Source: Verrucomicrobiota bacterium (lineage in GTDB: Bacteria > Verrucomicrobiota > Lentisphaeria > Lentisphaerales > Lentisphaeraceae). From it: a stretch of DNA of 48,384 bases. Numbering within the stretch: the first letter of the stretch is position 1; every line of letters starts with the position of its first letter. A program made the translations under genes and the position numbers. Shown piece by piece: positions 1-8,419 of this stretch. The stretch is from the NCBI GenBank assembly GCA_039798785.1, contig JBDKFG010000033.1:1-48384 (forward strand). The letters run 5' to 3'. The notes under the pieces were generated by a model. The model saw only the letters and a program-made list of their open reading frames with translations, was not told the origin of the DNA and did not search any database.

Positions 1-135
1 AATGGGCGACTGACACTCGGCGAGCTGACACGGCAAAACTCTGTTCTTTGTGTTCTTTGTGTCTTTTGTGGCCGAGCTCAAATGGAGTGACACAGGTCGC
101 GAAATAAAGCTGGTCGAGCGGCTGGGCCTTGCTCC

Positions 136-1551
136 TCACTCGGGGGTTTTCGGGGCGCGTTGGCGCGAGCCCAGGCTCCCGAGGAATTCCCGCAGCGGCC
201 GGGCGCCGGCTTCGGGGATGCGGAGCAGGAGACAAAGGGCGAGGCCGCGGCAGAGGGCGCTGGCGAGGAAGAGGATCTGGTAGCGGTCGATGGCCAGGCC
301 GAAGAGGCAGAGGCCGTGCTCGGGCAGGAGCTTGCCGGAGATCAGGATGCCGAGCATCAGGCAGAAGCCGCAGAAGGCGGCGTAGATGCCGGCGGCGGCC
401 TGGCGTTCGCGCGGGCCAGTGAGGCTGAGGACGAAGTTGAACTGGCAGAGGTTGATGCAGGCGGCGGCAAAACCGGCGCTGAAAGCCTCGAAGAAGATCA
501 GCTGGTAGGAGGACGGGCTGACGAAGATCCAGCACAGGGGGTTGAGAATGGCGAAGCTGCAGGCCAGGGTCATGGTCGGGCGGTTGCCGAAGCGGTCGAT
601 CGCGCGTCCCCAGAAGGCGAGGGTGCCGAGGGTGCCGACGAGCGAGATCAGGGCGTAGAGCTGCTGTTCCATCAGGCTCAAATGGAGCTCGCGCTGCATG
701 TAGGGCGACCAGAACTGGTTGCCGATGCCGATGGCGAAGGACCAGCCGCCGCCGAGCAGGAGAAGGCGGCGGAAGCCGGGGTGACGCAGGGCCAGGGCGA
801 AGGGGTCGATGCCGTATTCCTCGCCGGGCAGGGGGTTTTGAGGCCGGCGCCGCTCGGGCTGGCGCGACAGCATCAGCACCGACAGGCAACTGAAAACGGC
901 GGCGGTGACGAAGAAGCCGCAGAAGAGCCAGTCGCGGGAGGGGATCAGGGTGTGAAGTCCGTCGCCGCCCTGGCTCGCGAGCCAGCCGCCGAGGGTGCCG
1001 GGATGGCGGTCGTAGCAATCGAGCAGCAGTCCGGCGCCGAAACCGATGGCGACGCCGGCGAGGCAGACGGGAATGCTGCGGCGTGCGAAGAAGCGTCCGC
1101 GGATGCTCTTGGGGACGCTGTCGGACATCCACTCGGTCCAGATGTTGCCGGCGAGGGACTGGCCGACGCCGGAGAGGAAGATCAGGATCAGGACGGCCGG
1201 GCAGTTCCACTCGGGCGGCAGGAGGAAGGGCAGCAGGGCGAGGATGACGACGGTGAAGCGGGCGAGTCCGGCGAGGATCATCACCAGGCTCCGGCGCGAC
1301 ATTCCGCGGCTCTTTTGCAGGACCCGCAAACCGACGAGTTGCAGCATCAGGCTGAGCTGATTGACCGCGGCGATGACGCTGAGCTCGGCGTCGTTCATCC
1401 CCAGCGACAGGCAGTAGGCGGTGAAGAAGGGGGTGCCGACCGCCGAGAGGGCGAAAAACATCTGGTAGAAGACGCCGTCCCAGGTGGACCAGAAGGCGGT
1501 TTGGCGGAGGTGACCAGGCTTGGGCGACAGGGTGAAACGAAGGGGATGCAT
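136..1551 (-). CDS. MFS transporter
   Basis: 471 aa with about 12 hydrophobic segments; MFS loop motifs WMSDSVPKSIRGRFFA and WGRAIDRFGNR. Confidence 0.85.
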   Translation of the reverse strand: MHPLRFTLSPKPGHLRQTAFWSTWDGVFYQMFFALSAVGTPFFTAYCLSLGMNDAELSVIAAVNQLSLMLQLVGLRVLQKSRGMSRRSLVMILAGLARFTVVILALLPFLLPPEWNCPAVLILIFLSGVGQSLAGNIWTEWMSDSVPKSIRGRFFARRSIPVCLAGVAIGFGAGLLLDCYDRHPGTLGGWLASQGGDGLHTLIPSRDWLFCGFFVTAAVFSCLSVLMLSRQPERRRPQNPLPGEEYGIDPFALALRHPGFRRLLLLGGGWSFAIGIGNQFWSPYMQRELHLSLMEQQLYALISLVGTLGTLAFWGRAIDRFGNRPTMTLACSFAILNPLCWIFVSPSSYQLIFFEAFSAGFAAACINLCQFNFVLSLTGPRERQAAAGIYAAFCGFCLMLGILISGKLLPEHGLCLFGLAIDRYQILFLASALCRGLALCLLLRIPEAGARPLREFLGSLGSRQRAPKTPE

Positions 1552-1582
1552 TGAGATTCTTGAACCGGATGGGGTTTGCGCT

Positions 1583-1781
1583 CGTCGCGAAGCGACGGAA
1601 TGAATGTAGCCGGGGGTTTCAACCCCCGGTCAGAGCAAAAATGAGTTTGGCGTCGCGAAGCGACGCGGTGACGTGGCGGGCTGGGAGCAATGTCATCCTG
1701 TCGCTTCGCGACGGCGGTTCCCGTTCTGAATTGTCCGGGGGTTGAAACCCCCGGCTATAATCATCCTGTCGCTTCGCGACG
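1583..1781. repeat. REP-like inverted doublet (hairpin A CGTCGCGAAGCGACG, GTAGCC, hairpin B CCGGGGGTTTCAACCCCCGG)
   Basis: A-B-A units at 1583-1666 mirrored by A'-B'-A' units at 1693-1781; intergenic. Confidence 0.85.
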
Positions 1782-1795
1782 GCAACATTCACCCT

Positions 1796-2800
1796 TCACC
1801 GTTCGTAGATCGGCAGGTAGCGGTAGTTGAGGGCGACAGAAAGGAGGCTGGTGGCGGTGGCGAAGGGGGCGCCCTCGGGGCTGGTCCAGGAGCCGTCGGC
1901 GGCTTGCTGCTGGCGGATCGTGTCGATGTGCTTGAGGTTCCATTCCTTCCAGGCGGGATAATCGGTCTGGAAGAGGGCCTGGGGCATGTAGTAGTTCGAG
2001 TAGTGCTGCTCGGGTTTGCTGCTGTTCGCCTTCAGGTAGCTGAGGGCTTTGCGGTAGACGTCGCTGTCCTTCTGGCGGCCGATGGCGAGGACGAGGACGC
2101 CGATGGCGCAGCGCGGGTTGTTGGAATCGCCGGGGGCGGTGTAGCCGAAGCCGCCGTCTTCGGACTGGCAAGTGCCGTAGTAGGCGAGGGCGCGGTCGAT
2201 GGCGGCCTGCGGCACCTTGATACCGGCGTTGCGGGCTGCGTAGAGAGCCATCAGGCAGCAGCCCGAGGCGGTGGTGTCGGCGTCTTGTCCGGCGGGGTCG
2301 TAGCGCCAGGCGCCGGTGGGGTTCTTGGCCTGCGAGGCAAGGATCAGGTCGACCGCCTTTTCGAGGGCCGGGCCGAGGCGTGGATCTTCGAGGCTGCCGT
2401 AGGCTTCGGCGAGGGCGAGGGTGCCGAAGCCGTGGTGGTACATGGTGCCGCCGAGGAAGCCGGTCTTGGGATCCTGCTTCTTCAGGATCGAATCGATGCC
2501 TTTGCGGACGGTGGCGGCGTAGGGGCCGCAGTTGGGGTCGTCGCCGAGGGCGAGGATGGAGAGGACGCAGAGGCCGGTGACGCCGGCGCCCTGCTGGCCG
2601 CCTTCCCAGGAGCCGTCGGGCATCTGGTGGCTGACCAGCCAGCGGACGCCGCGGGCGTAGAGGGCTTCGACTTCCGCCGGCACCGGGTCGCCGCGGACCC
2701 CGGTGGAACGGGGCGGCACCGGCGCTTGAGCTTGGATTTCGAGACCCGAGAGGGCGAGAAGGAGGGCGGCGCCCAGGCCGCAGAGCTTAGGGAGTTTCAT
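1796..2800 (-). CDS. Prenyltransferase/squalene-oxidase-repeat (terpene cyclase-like alpha-barrel) exported protein
   Basis: QW-type repeats QMPDGSW, QSEDGGFGY, QAADGSW; MYHHGFGTLALAE; signal peptide from ATG 2800, which overlaps the upstream stop. Confidence 0.85.
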   Translation of the reverse strand: MKLPKLCGLGAALLLALSGLEIQAQAPVPPRSTGVRGDPVPAEVEALYARGVRWLVSHQMPDGSWEGGQQGAGVTGLCVLSILALGDDPNCGPYAATVRKGIDSILKKQDPKTGFLGGTMYHHGFGTLALAEAYGSLEDPRLGPALEKAVDLILASQAKNPTGAWRYDPAGQDADTTASGCCLMALYAARNAGIKVPQAAIDRALAYYGTCQSEDGGFGYTAPGDSNNPRCAIGVLVLAIGRQKDSDVYRKALSYLKANSSKPEQHYSNYYMPQALFQTDYPAWKEWNLKHIDTIRQQQAADGSWTSPEGAPFATATSLLSVALNYRYLPIYER

Positions 2801-5800
2801 CGATGGTGGTCTCCGCTTTTTTGTAGAAGTTCTCAAAGGCTTCGCGGTATTCGGCCGGGACTTCGTCGGCGAGGGCGCCGCTGCCCTGGCCGCTGGCTTT
2901 GCGTCCGCTGCCGGTGCTGGCGCTGGAGGCGGGGCCGCTGGCGCCGGCGCCGGTGACTCCCTGGCCGCCGGAGCCGCCCTGGCCGCTGGCTTCGGCGCTC
3001 TTCTCGCCGCCTTTCGGCGGCGTCGAGCTGGGCGGAGCCTGCTTCTGCATCTGCTGCATCATCGCCTTCATCGCCTCGTCCTGCTCCTTCTTCTGATCCT
3101 TGTTCTGATTCTGGCTGGCGCTGGGCGGGGGCGGCGGCGGCGGTTGCAGCAGGGCGGTGAGGATTTCGATGACCGCGGCTTGGGGCGGCAGGGACTTGAG
3201 GCTTTGATGGGCGCGGAGCTCCTTGGTCGCGACCCGCATCTGCACCAGGGCGGCGTCGAGCGCCTCGAGCATTTCGGCTTCCTTGGCGAGGGCGACGATC
3301 TTGTCGAAGTCGTCGGCGAGCTGCGCCTGGGTCTGGGCGATCTCCTCCGCCTCGGCGTCGTGGTCGAGCTTGGTCTGGTGGTCGTGGATGTAGCGGCTGT
3401 CGTTGTAGATCTGCTGCTGGACGGCGAGGGTTTTGATCATCCCGATCATCAATTCATCGGGCTGCTTGTCGCCGCCGCCGTCGCTGGCGCCGCCGCCTGC
3501 CGCCTGTTCCTTCGGGCTGGGTTCGAGTTTTTTTGCCCAGGCCGCAAAGACCGGGGCCCACTGGCGCGCCTCGGCGGCGGCGGCGGGGTAGCTGCGCGCC
3601 TGGATCTGGGCGAGGATGCCGCTCATCGCCGCGCTCGTCTTGCGGCGTTCCAGCTCGTCGGCGACTTCGCCGTATTTGGCGGTCTGGGTGAGGGTGAAGA
3701 AGCGGCGGATGTCTTCGCCGAGGCGGGTGGATTCGGTGGCGAGGGGAGTCTGGAGGCTCAGGGCCTGGCGCTGCGCTTTGCTGGGGATGGTGCCGCCAGC
3801 GCCGAGGAGGGCGGCGATTTCCTGCTGGGCCGAGGCGAGCTTGTGGAGGCGTTTCGACATGTTGGCGAGCTCGGCCTTCTTGCGGGCCTCTTCGGCTTTT
3901 TTCGCGGCTTCCGCAATCATCTCGGCGGCTTTCTCCTGGGCCAGGGCGGCGGACTCGAGGCCTTTTTTCACGGCGGCCTTGGCGCCCGAGTCGCGGCAGA
4001 GGGGGGCGGCGCCGGCGAGCTGCTGCTGCGCCTGGTTCATCGGTTCGGCGGCGGCTTTGGCGAGGAGGTTGTAGGCGCCTTTCCAGGAGACCAGGTCGAG
4101 CTGGGGAAATTCCTGGTTTTTCAGGGCTTCGGTGAGCAGGGCGGCGAGCGCCTTGAGTTCGAGTTCGATTTTCTGGCGGCGCTGCTCCTCGGACTCGGCA
4201 GCTTCGGCTGCCTGGCTTTCGCCTTCGAGGCCTTTCGCTCCGGCGGCGGCGAGGTCCTGGCTGAGATCGGCGCCGGCCAACTCCTCCTTGGCGAGCCCTT
4301 CGAGACGCGACTGCAAGGCCTCGAGCTGCTGCTGCAGCCAGGCGGCGTGCTCGGCGTGGCTGAGGATCTGGATGATCACCCGCTCCGAACGGCTGGCTTG
4401 GCGGCCGGGACGGTAGTCGAGGGCGGTGGCAAGGACGGCGACGCGATGGCCCGGGGCGATCTTGAGAAGGCGCGGCGAGAAGACGTAATCCTGGCTGAAA
4501 TCGGTTTTCTCGGGAGCGCCGGCGGCGACCTGGACGCGGCGGGTCTTGATCGCGTCGCCGGCGGCCTCATCGGTGCTCTGGACCCCGAGCTCGAGACCGA
4601 TCGACTTGAGGCCGTTGTCGTCGCTGGCGAGGAGCGGCAGTTTGACCGAGTCCGACTCGAGGATCTGGAGGCTGGCGGGCAGGTCGGTGATCTGGACCGT
4701 CGGGGCGGCGTCGGGAGTCCAGGAGATGTCGACCGGCTGGCCGTCGCGGCTGGCGATGCCGTGTTCGGCGCTCCACTTAAGCAGGAAGGCGAGGCTGGCG
4801 GATTCCTTGGGCTGGACGATTTCGGCGCTGCGGAAGCTGCTGCCCTCGACCTTCAATTTCTGGCTGAGAGGGCCGCTGATCTGCGCCGATTCGAGCTTGG
4901 TGGTGGCGCGTCCGTGGAGGGTGAAGGAGGCCCCTTCGACCACTTGCAGTCCGCCACCGCTGAGCGCCAGGGTGCGGGCCTTCTTGTCGCCGAGATAGGC
5001 CGGCAATTTGACTTCCGCGTCGAGGCCGGCGAGGACCGGGCGCTCGACCTGGCGGACGAGGATGCGGGTCCGGGCGTCGAAGGCGCCGAGCTGGAGTTCG
5101 GCGTCGCGGGTGCGTCCCTTCAGGCTGATCCGGGCGAGGCCCTTGGCCACCGGGGCGCTCTGGGTCGCTTCGCCGTCGAAGGCGAAATCGACGCGTTCGG
5201 GCTGGACCCGGGCGGCGGGGTCGACGCGGATTTCGAAGCTGAAGTCTTCGCCGGCGGGGACGAAGATTTCGCTGGGCGCGTCGAGGAAGCGGGCGAAGGT
5301 CTGGCGTTCGACCTCGGAGTAAGGCATGACACTGCGCTGGAGCGAATTCAGGACCGAGCGCGGATCGGCGAGAAGGAAGATGGCGGTGAGGGCGGCGGCG
5401 GCGAGGACGCGGCGGCGGATCCGGTTGCGTTCGTCCTGCGACACCGCGGCATCGAAGTCGAGCGTCTGGCAGCTGGCGGCGACCTGTTCGACCGCGGCCT
5501 TGCAGAGCGAGGCGGAGACGGATTCGGGGCGTTTCGCGGGGTCCGCAAGTTCGGCGGCTCCCTGCAGGCTGTCGCCGAGTCTGGGGTAGTGGTTTTGGAC
5601 GATGCGGATGATTTCGGTAGCGCCGCCGACGAGGCGGAGGCGGCGGCGGACGAAGGAGCATGTAGTCCAGGCGAGGAGGGCGAGGGCGCCGAGGGAGAAG
5701 GCCAGGCGCAGGTGGCGCGGGGTATCCCAGAGGCGATCGGAGAGCCAGGCGACGATGACCAGGCCGAGGAAGATGCCGAGGCCGACGAGGAGCGAGCTGA

Positions 5801-5885
5801 GGCCGAGGAGGCCGAGGGCGCGGTCTTCGGCCTGGCTCAGCTTGAGGGCCAGGTTCGGCGGCAGGCGGGCGAATTTTGCTTTCAT
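2787..5885 (-). CDS. Large membrane-anchored coiled-coil protein (DUF4175-like) of the MoxR operon
   Basis: N-terminal TM helices, a beta-rich middle region, long Q/E/A-rich coiled coils, C-terminal VPAEYREAFENFYK; RBS AAGGAG before ATG 5885. Confidence 0.75.
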   Translation of the reverse strand: MKAKFARLPPNLALKLSQAEDRALGLLGLSSLLVGLGIFLGLVIVAWLSDRLWDTPRHLRLAFSLGALALLAWTTCSFVRRRLRLVGGATEIIRIVQNHYPRLGDSLQGAAELADPAKRPESVSASLCKAAVEQVAASCQTLDFDAAVSQDERNRIRRRVLAAAALTAIFLLADPRSVLNSLQRSVMPYSEVERQTFARFLDAPSEIFVPAGEDFSFEIRVDPAARVQPERVDFAFDGEATQSAPVAKGLARISLKGRTRDAELQLGAFDARTRILVRQVERPVLAGLDAEVKLPAYLGDKKARTLALSGGGLQVVEGASFTLHGRATTKLESAQISGPLSQKLKVEGSSFRSAEIVQPKESASLAFLLKWSAEHGIASRDGQPVDISWTPDAAPTVQITDLPASLQILESDSVKLPLLASDDNGLKSIGLELGVQSTDEAAGDAIKTRRVQVAAGAPEKTDFSQDYVFSPRLLKIAPGHRVAVLATALDYRPGRQASRSERVIIQILSHAEHAAWLQQQLEALQSRLEGLAKEELAGADLSQDLAAAGAKGLEGESQAAEAAESEEQRRQKIELELKALAALLTEALKNQEFPQLDLVSWKGAYNLLAKAAAEPMNQAQQQLAGAAPLCRDSGAKAAVKKGLESAALAQEKAAEMIAEAAKKAEEARKKAELANMSKRLHKLASAQQEIAALLGAGGTIPSKAQRQALSLQTPLATESTRLGEDIRRFFTLTQTAKYGEVADELERRKTSAAMSGILAQIQARSYPAAAAEARQWAPVFAAWAKKLEPSPKEQAAGGGASDGGGDKQPDELMIGMIKTLAVQQQIYNDSRYIHDHQTKLDHDAEAEEIAQTQAQLADDFDKIVALAKEAEMLEALDAALVQMRVATKELRAHQSLKSLPPQAAVIEILTALLQPPPPPPPSASQNQNKDQKKEQDEAMKAMMQQMQKQAPPSSTPPKGGEKSAEASGQGGSGGQGVTGAGASGPASSASTGSGRKASGQGSGALADEVPAEYREAFENFYKKAETTIDETP

Positions 5886-5899
5886 GTGCGGGGGTCTCC

Positions 5900-8056
5900 T
5901 TAGATGAGGCCGAGGCGTTTGCGGAGGAGCCAGTAGGCGGCGAAGAGGGCGAGGATGCCCAGGCCCCACCAGAACTGCGAGATCAGGCGCCAGTAGACTT
6001 CGTCGGGCCGCGGCGGCGGCAGTGACGCGAGGCGGCTCAGCGCGGCGGGTCCGCTGGCCAAGGAGAGGGCTTCGCCGCCGCTGACCCGGGCGATCTCCCG
6101 CAGGACGTCGGGGCGGGCCGGGACGCCGATCTTCTCGATCTCGCTGCCGGCGACCTCGAGGCGGAGCTCCTGGCTGATCAGCTTGGCGTCACAACGCACC
6201 TGGACCTTCCAGACCCCGGCCTGATCAGCCGTGAAGCTGCTGCGGTAGAGACCCCAGCCGCCGCCGCTTTCGCGCAGGGGCTGGACCGATTCGACCCCGT
6301 TGGGACTGGTGAGACGGAGCTGGACTTCGGCGCCGTTGATCGGCTTTCCCTGGTCGAAGAGGCTGGCCTGCAGCTCGACCAGTTCGCCCTGGTTGGGCCG
6401 GGCGGGGTTGACGAAGAGGCGGGACTTGTCGGTGGCGGCGGCGTGGCGGCGCGAGGCCATCCAGCGCACCACCTGGCCCCAGAAGCGGTAGTGGTAGAGG
6501 TCTTCGACGCCGCGGCGCCAGCGCCAGGCCGAGTCGCTGCCGAGGAAGAGGACATGGCCGTTGCCGATGGAGCGGGTGACCAGCAGGGGGCTGCGGTCGG
6601 TGGCCTGCACCGCCAGGACCTGCGCGCCGAGCTTGGCCTTGGTGACGCCGGCGTTCCAGTAGAAGCCGGAGAGGCGTTTCCACAGCTCGGCGCTGCTGCC
6701 TTCGCCGTCGGAGAGCGCGGTCAAGAGGTGGTCCTGGCCGAGCGGGGTGAGGAGCATCTGGGCCGGGGTGGTCCAGCTCGTGCCGCTGGGTTTCTTCGGG
6801 TCGTAGACGACCGGCAGGAGTTCACCGAGGGGGCTGCTTTCGAGGTTGGCCTGGCGGCCGCCGCGGCCGGGCATGAAGACCAGGCCGCTGCCCATGTTCT
6901 CGACCAAGCCGCGCAGCGACGCAAGCTGCTCCTCGCCGAGCCCGCCCTGGCCGGCGCCGATGTCGCCGAGGAAGACCACGTCGTACTGCGACAGCTCTTC
7001 GCGGGTGCGGGGGAAACGCTCGAGATAACCCTCGCCGCCGCCGCTCTGCATGCCTTTCTGGTGCATCAGGAGGGTGCTGAGCTGGACCCCGGGGTCGCGC
7101 ATCAGGGCGTTGCGGAGGAAGCGGTATTCCCAGCGCGGCAGGGTTTCGACGATGAGGACGCGGATGACTTCGCGGCGCACCGGGACGCTGAAGTCGCTGG
7201 AGTTGTTGTCGAGGCGAAACTCCTTATCGACTCCGGTCAGTTCCATGCGGAAGTCGAAGCGGCCTTCCTCGGCCGGCTGCCAGATGAAGCTCTGGGCCGA
7301 GCTGGCGCCGTCGGCGATCACCAGGTCGCGGCTGAGGCTGACCCCGCCAGTGCGCGAGCGCAGGCTGATCCGGCCGCGGTATTCCCGGCCCGAGAGGTTG
7401 CGGACGCGGAAGGGGATGAGGACCTTCTCCTTCACCAGGCCGAAGGCCGGGACTTCGACCTTCTCGAGGATCAGGTCGGGCAGGTATTTCTCCTGGCCGC
7501 AGGTGGCGGTGAAGACCGGCACGCCGCGGCTTTGGGCGAGGGCGGCGGCGCTGGCGGGGTCGCCGCCGAGATTCCAGTCGCCGTCGGAGACGAGGAGGAT
7601 GGCGGCGAGATCGGGGTGGCGCTTCAGACCCTCGCTCAGGGCGGTGGCGAGGTCGCTGCCGCGCGAATCCTTGCCGCCGAACTCCTCGACCACCACCTTG
7701 CGGCCCTTCTCCAGGCTCTTCAAGGCGGCGGGCTCGAGCAGGCGGGAAGCGGCGCCGCCGCGCGACAGGGGACGGGCGTCGGCCAGCATGTCTTCGGTGC
7801 TCATGCTGCGCGAGGCGTCCTTGAGGACGAGGATCACCGGCTCGCCGCTCTTGGCGACGACGCTGACCCGGACCGGGTCGGCGATCGAGATCAAGACCAT
7901 CAGGGCGGCGCTCAGGCGCAGCAGCTCGAGCAGGATCTGATTGCGCTTCACCGGCGCGAGCCGGATGTTGCGCCAGGCCATGCCGACGAGGAGGGCGATG
8001 AGGACCAGGCCGAGGACGAGGTAGCTCGTCGGCAAGTTGGTGGTGAAGTGGCTCAT
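5900..8056 (-). CDS. Membrane protein with vWA-like and glutamine-amidotransferase-like domains
   Basis: MIDAS-like DASRS and LVSDG; PRWEYRFLRNAL, YDVVFLGD, WRWR...FWGQVVRW; TM helices at both termini. Confidence 0.8.
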   Translation of the reverse strand: MSHFTTNLPTSYLVLGLVLIALLVGMAWRNIRLAPVKRNQILLELLRLSAALMVLISIADPVRVSVVAKSGEPVILVLKDASRSMSTEDMLADARPLSRGGAASRLLEPAALKSLEKGRKVVVEEFGGKDSRGSDLATALSEGLKRHPDLAAILLVSDGDWNLGGDPASAAALAQSRGVPVFTATCGQEKYLPDLILEKVEVPAFGLVKEKVLIPFRVRNLSGREYRGRISLRSRTGGVSLSRDLVIADGASSAQSFIWQPAEEGRFDFRMELTGVDKEFRLDNNSSDFSVPVRREVIRVLIVETLPRWEYRFLRNALMRDPGVQLSTLLMHQKGMQSGGGEGYLERFPRTREELSQYDVVFLGDIGAGQGGLGEEQLASLRGLVENMGSGLVFMPGRGGRQANLESSPLGELLPVVYDPKKPSGTSWTTPAQMLLTPLGQDHLLTALSDGEGSSAELWKRLSGFYWNAGVTKAKLGAQVLAVQATDRSPLLVTRSIGNGHVLFLGSDSAWRWRRGVEDLYHYRFWGQVVRWMASRRHAAATDKSRLFVNPARPNQGELVELQASLFDQGKPINGAEVQLRLTSPNGVESVQPLRESGGGWGLYRSSFTADQAGVWKVQVRCDAKLISQELRLEVAGSEIEKIGVPARPDVLREIARVSGGEALSLASGPAALSRLASLPPPRPDEVYWRLISQFWWGLGILALFAAYWLLRKRLGLI

Positions 8057-8096
8057 GGGGTGATCACCGTTAAGAGGTTGGTAGGTTGAGATCTCT

Positions 8097-8341
8097 TGCC
8101 CCGGAGGGCAGCCGGCAGATAGCCCAGGGTGTAGACCGAGGAACGAGGTCAAACCCTGGGTTCTGTCCCCATTGTTCCGAGCCCCAGCGGGGCGTCCAGA
8201 ATCCTCGCGGGGCTGGGCGCAAAACCATTCTGGACGCCCCTTCGGGGCTCAATTCCATTCCTCTCGTACCCAGGGTTTGCGACTCGTGCCTCATCGCTAC
8301 ACCCTGGGCTATCTGCCGGCCGCCCCGCTGGGGCGCAAGCT
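8097..8341. repeat. REP-like inverted doublet (GCCCC hairpin, ATAGCC, CCAGGGT...ACCCTGG)
   Basis: Large inverted repeat; 8295-8341 is the reverse complement of 48201-48247. Confidence 0.85.
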
Positions 8342-8390
8342 GCAGGAGGCCCGCTGGAGATTGTTTGATGTTGGTGTTCATGTGTTTCTC

Positions 8391-8414
8391 CTTTCAACCT
8401 TTCAACCTTTCAAC
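8391..8414. repeat. Tandem 8-mer (CTTTCAAC)x3
   Basis: Three perfect copies just downstream of the BatA-like gene stop. Confidence 0.85.
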
Positions 8415-8419
8415 CCGGT

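Noticed and set aside
1551..1745. Small ORFs over the REP-like elements (also 8070-8430, 19982-20257, 47963-48336)
   Set aside because: Translations of palindromic repeats; no independent coding evidence
160..8089. Long plus-strand ORFs (160-1554, 1742-2956, 3144-5903, 6443-8089)
   Set aside because: Antisense shadows of well-supported minus-strand genes in high-GC DNA; no motifs
8097..8341. Possible CRISPR array or tRNA in the palindromic intergenic regions
   Set aside because: Units are inverted rather than regularly spaced direct repeats; no cas genes; no cloverleaf or T-loop consensus
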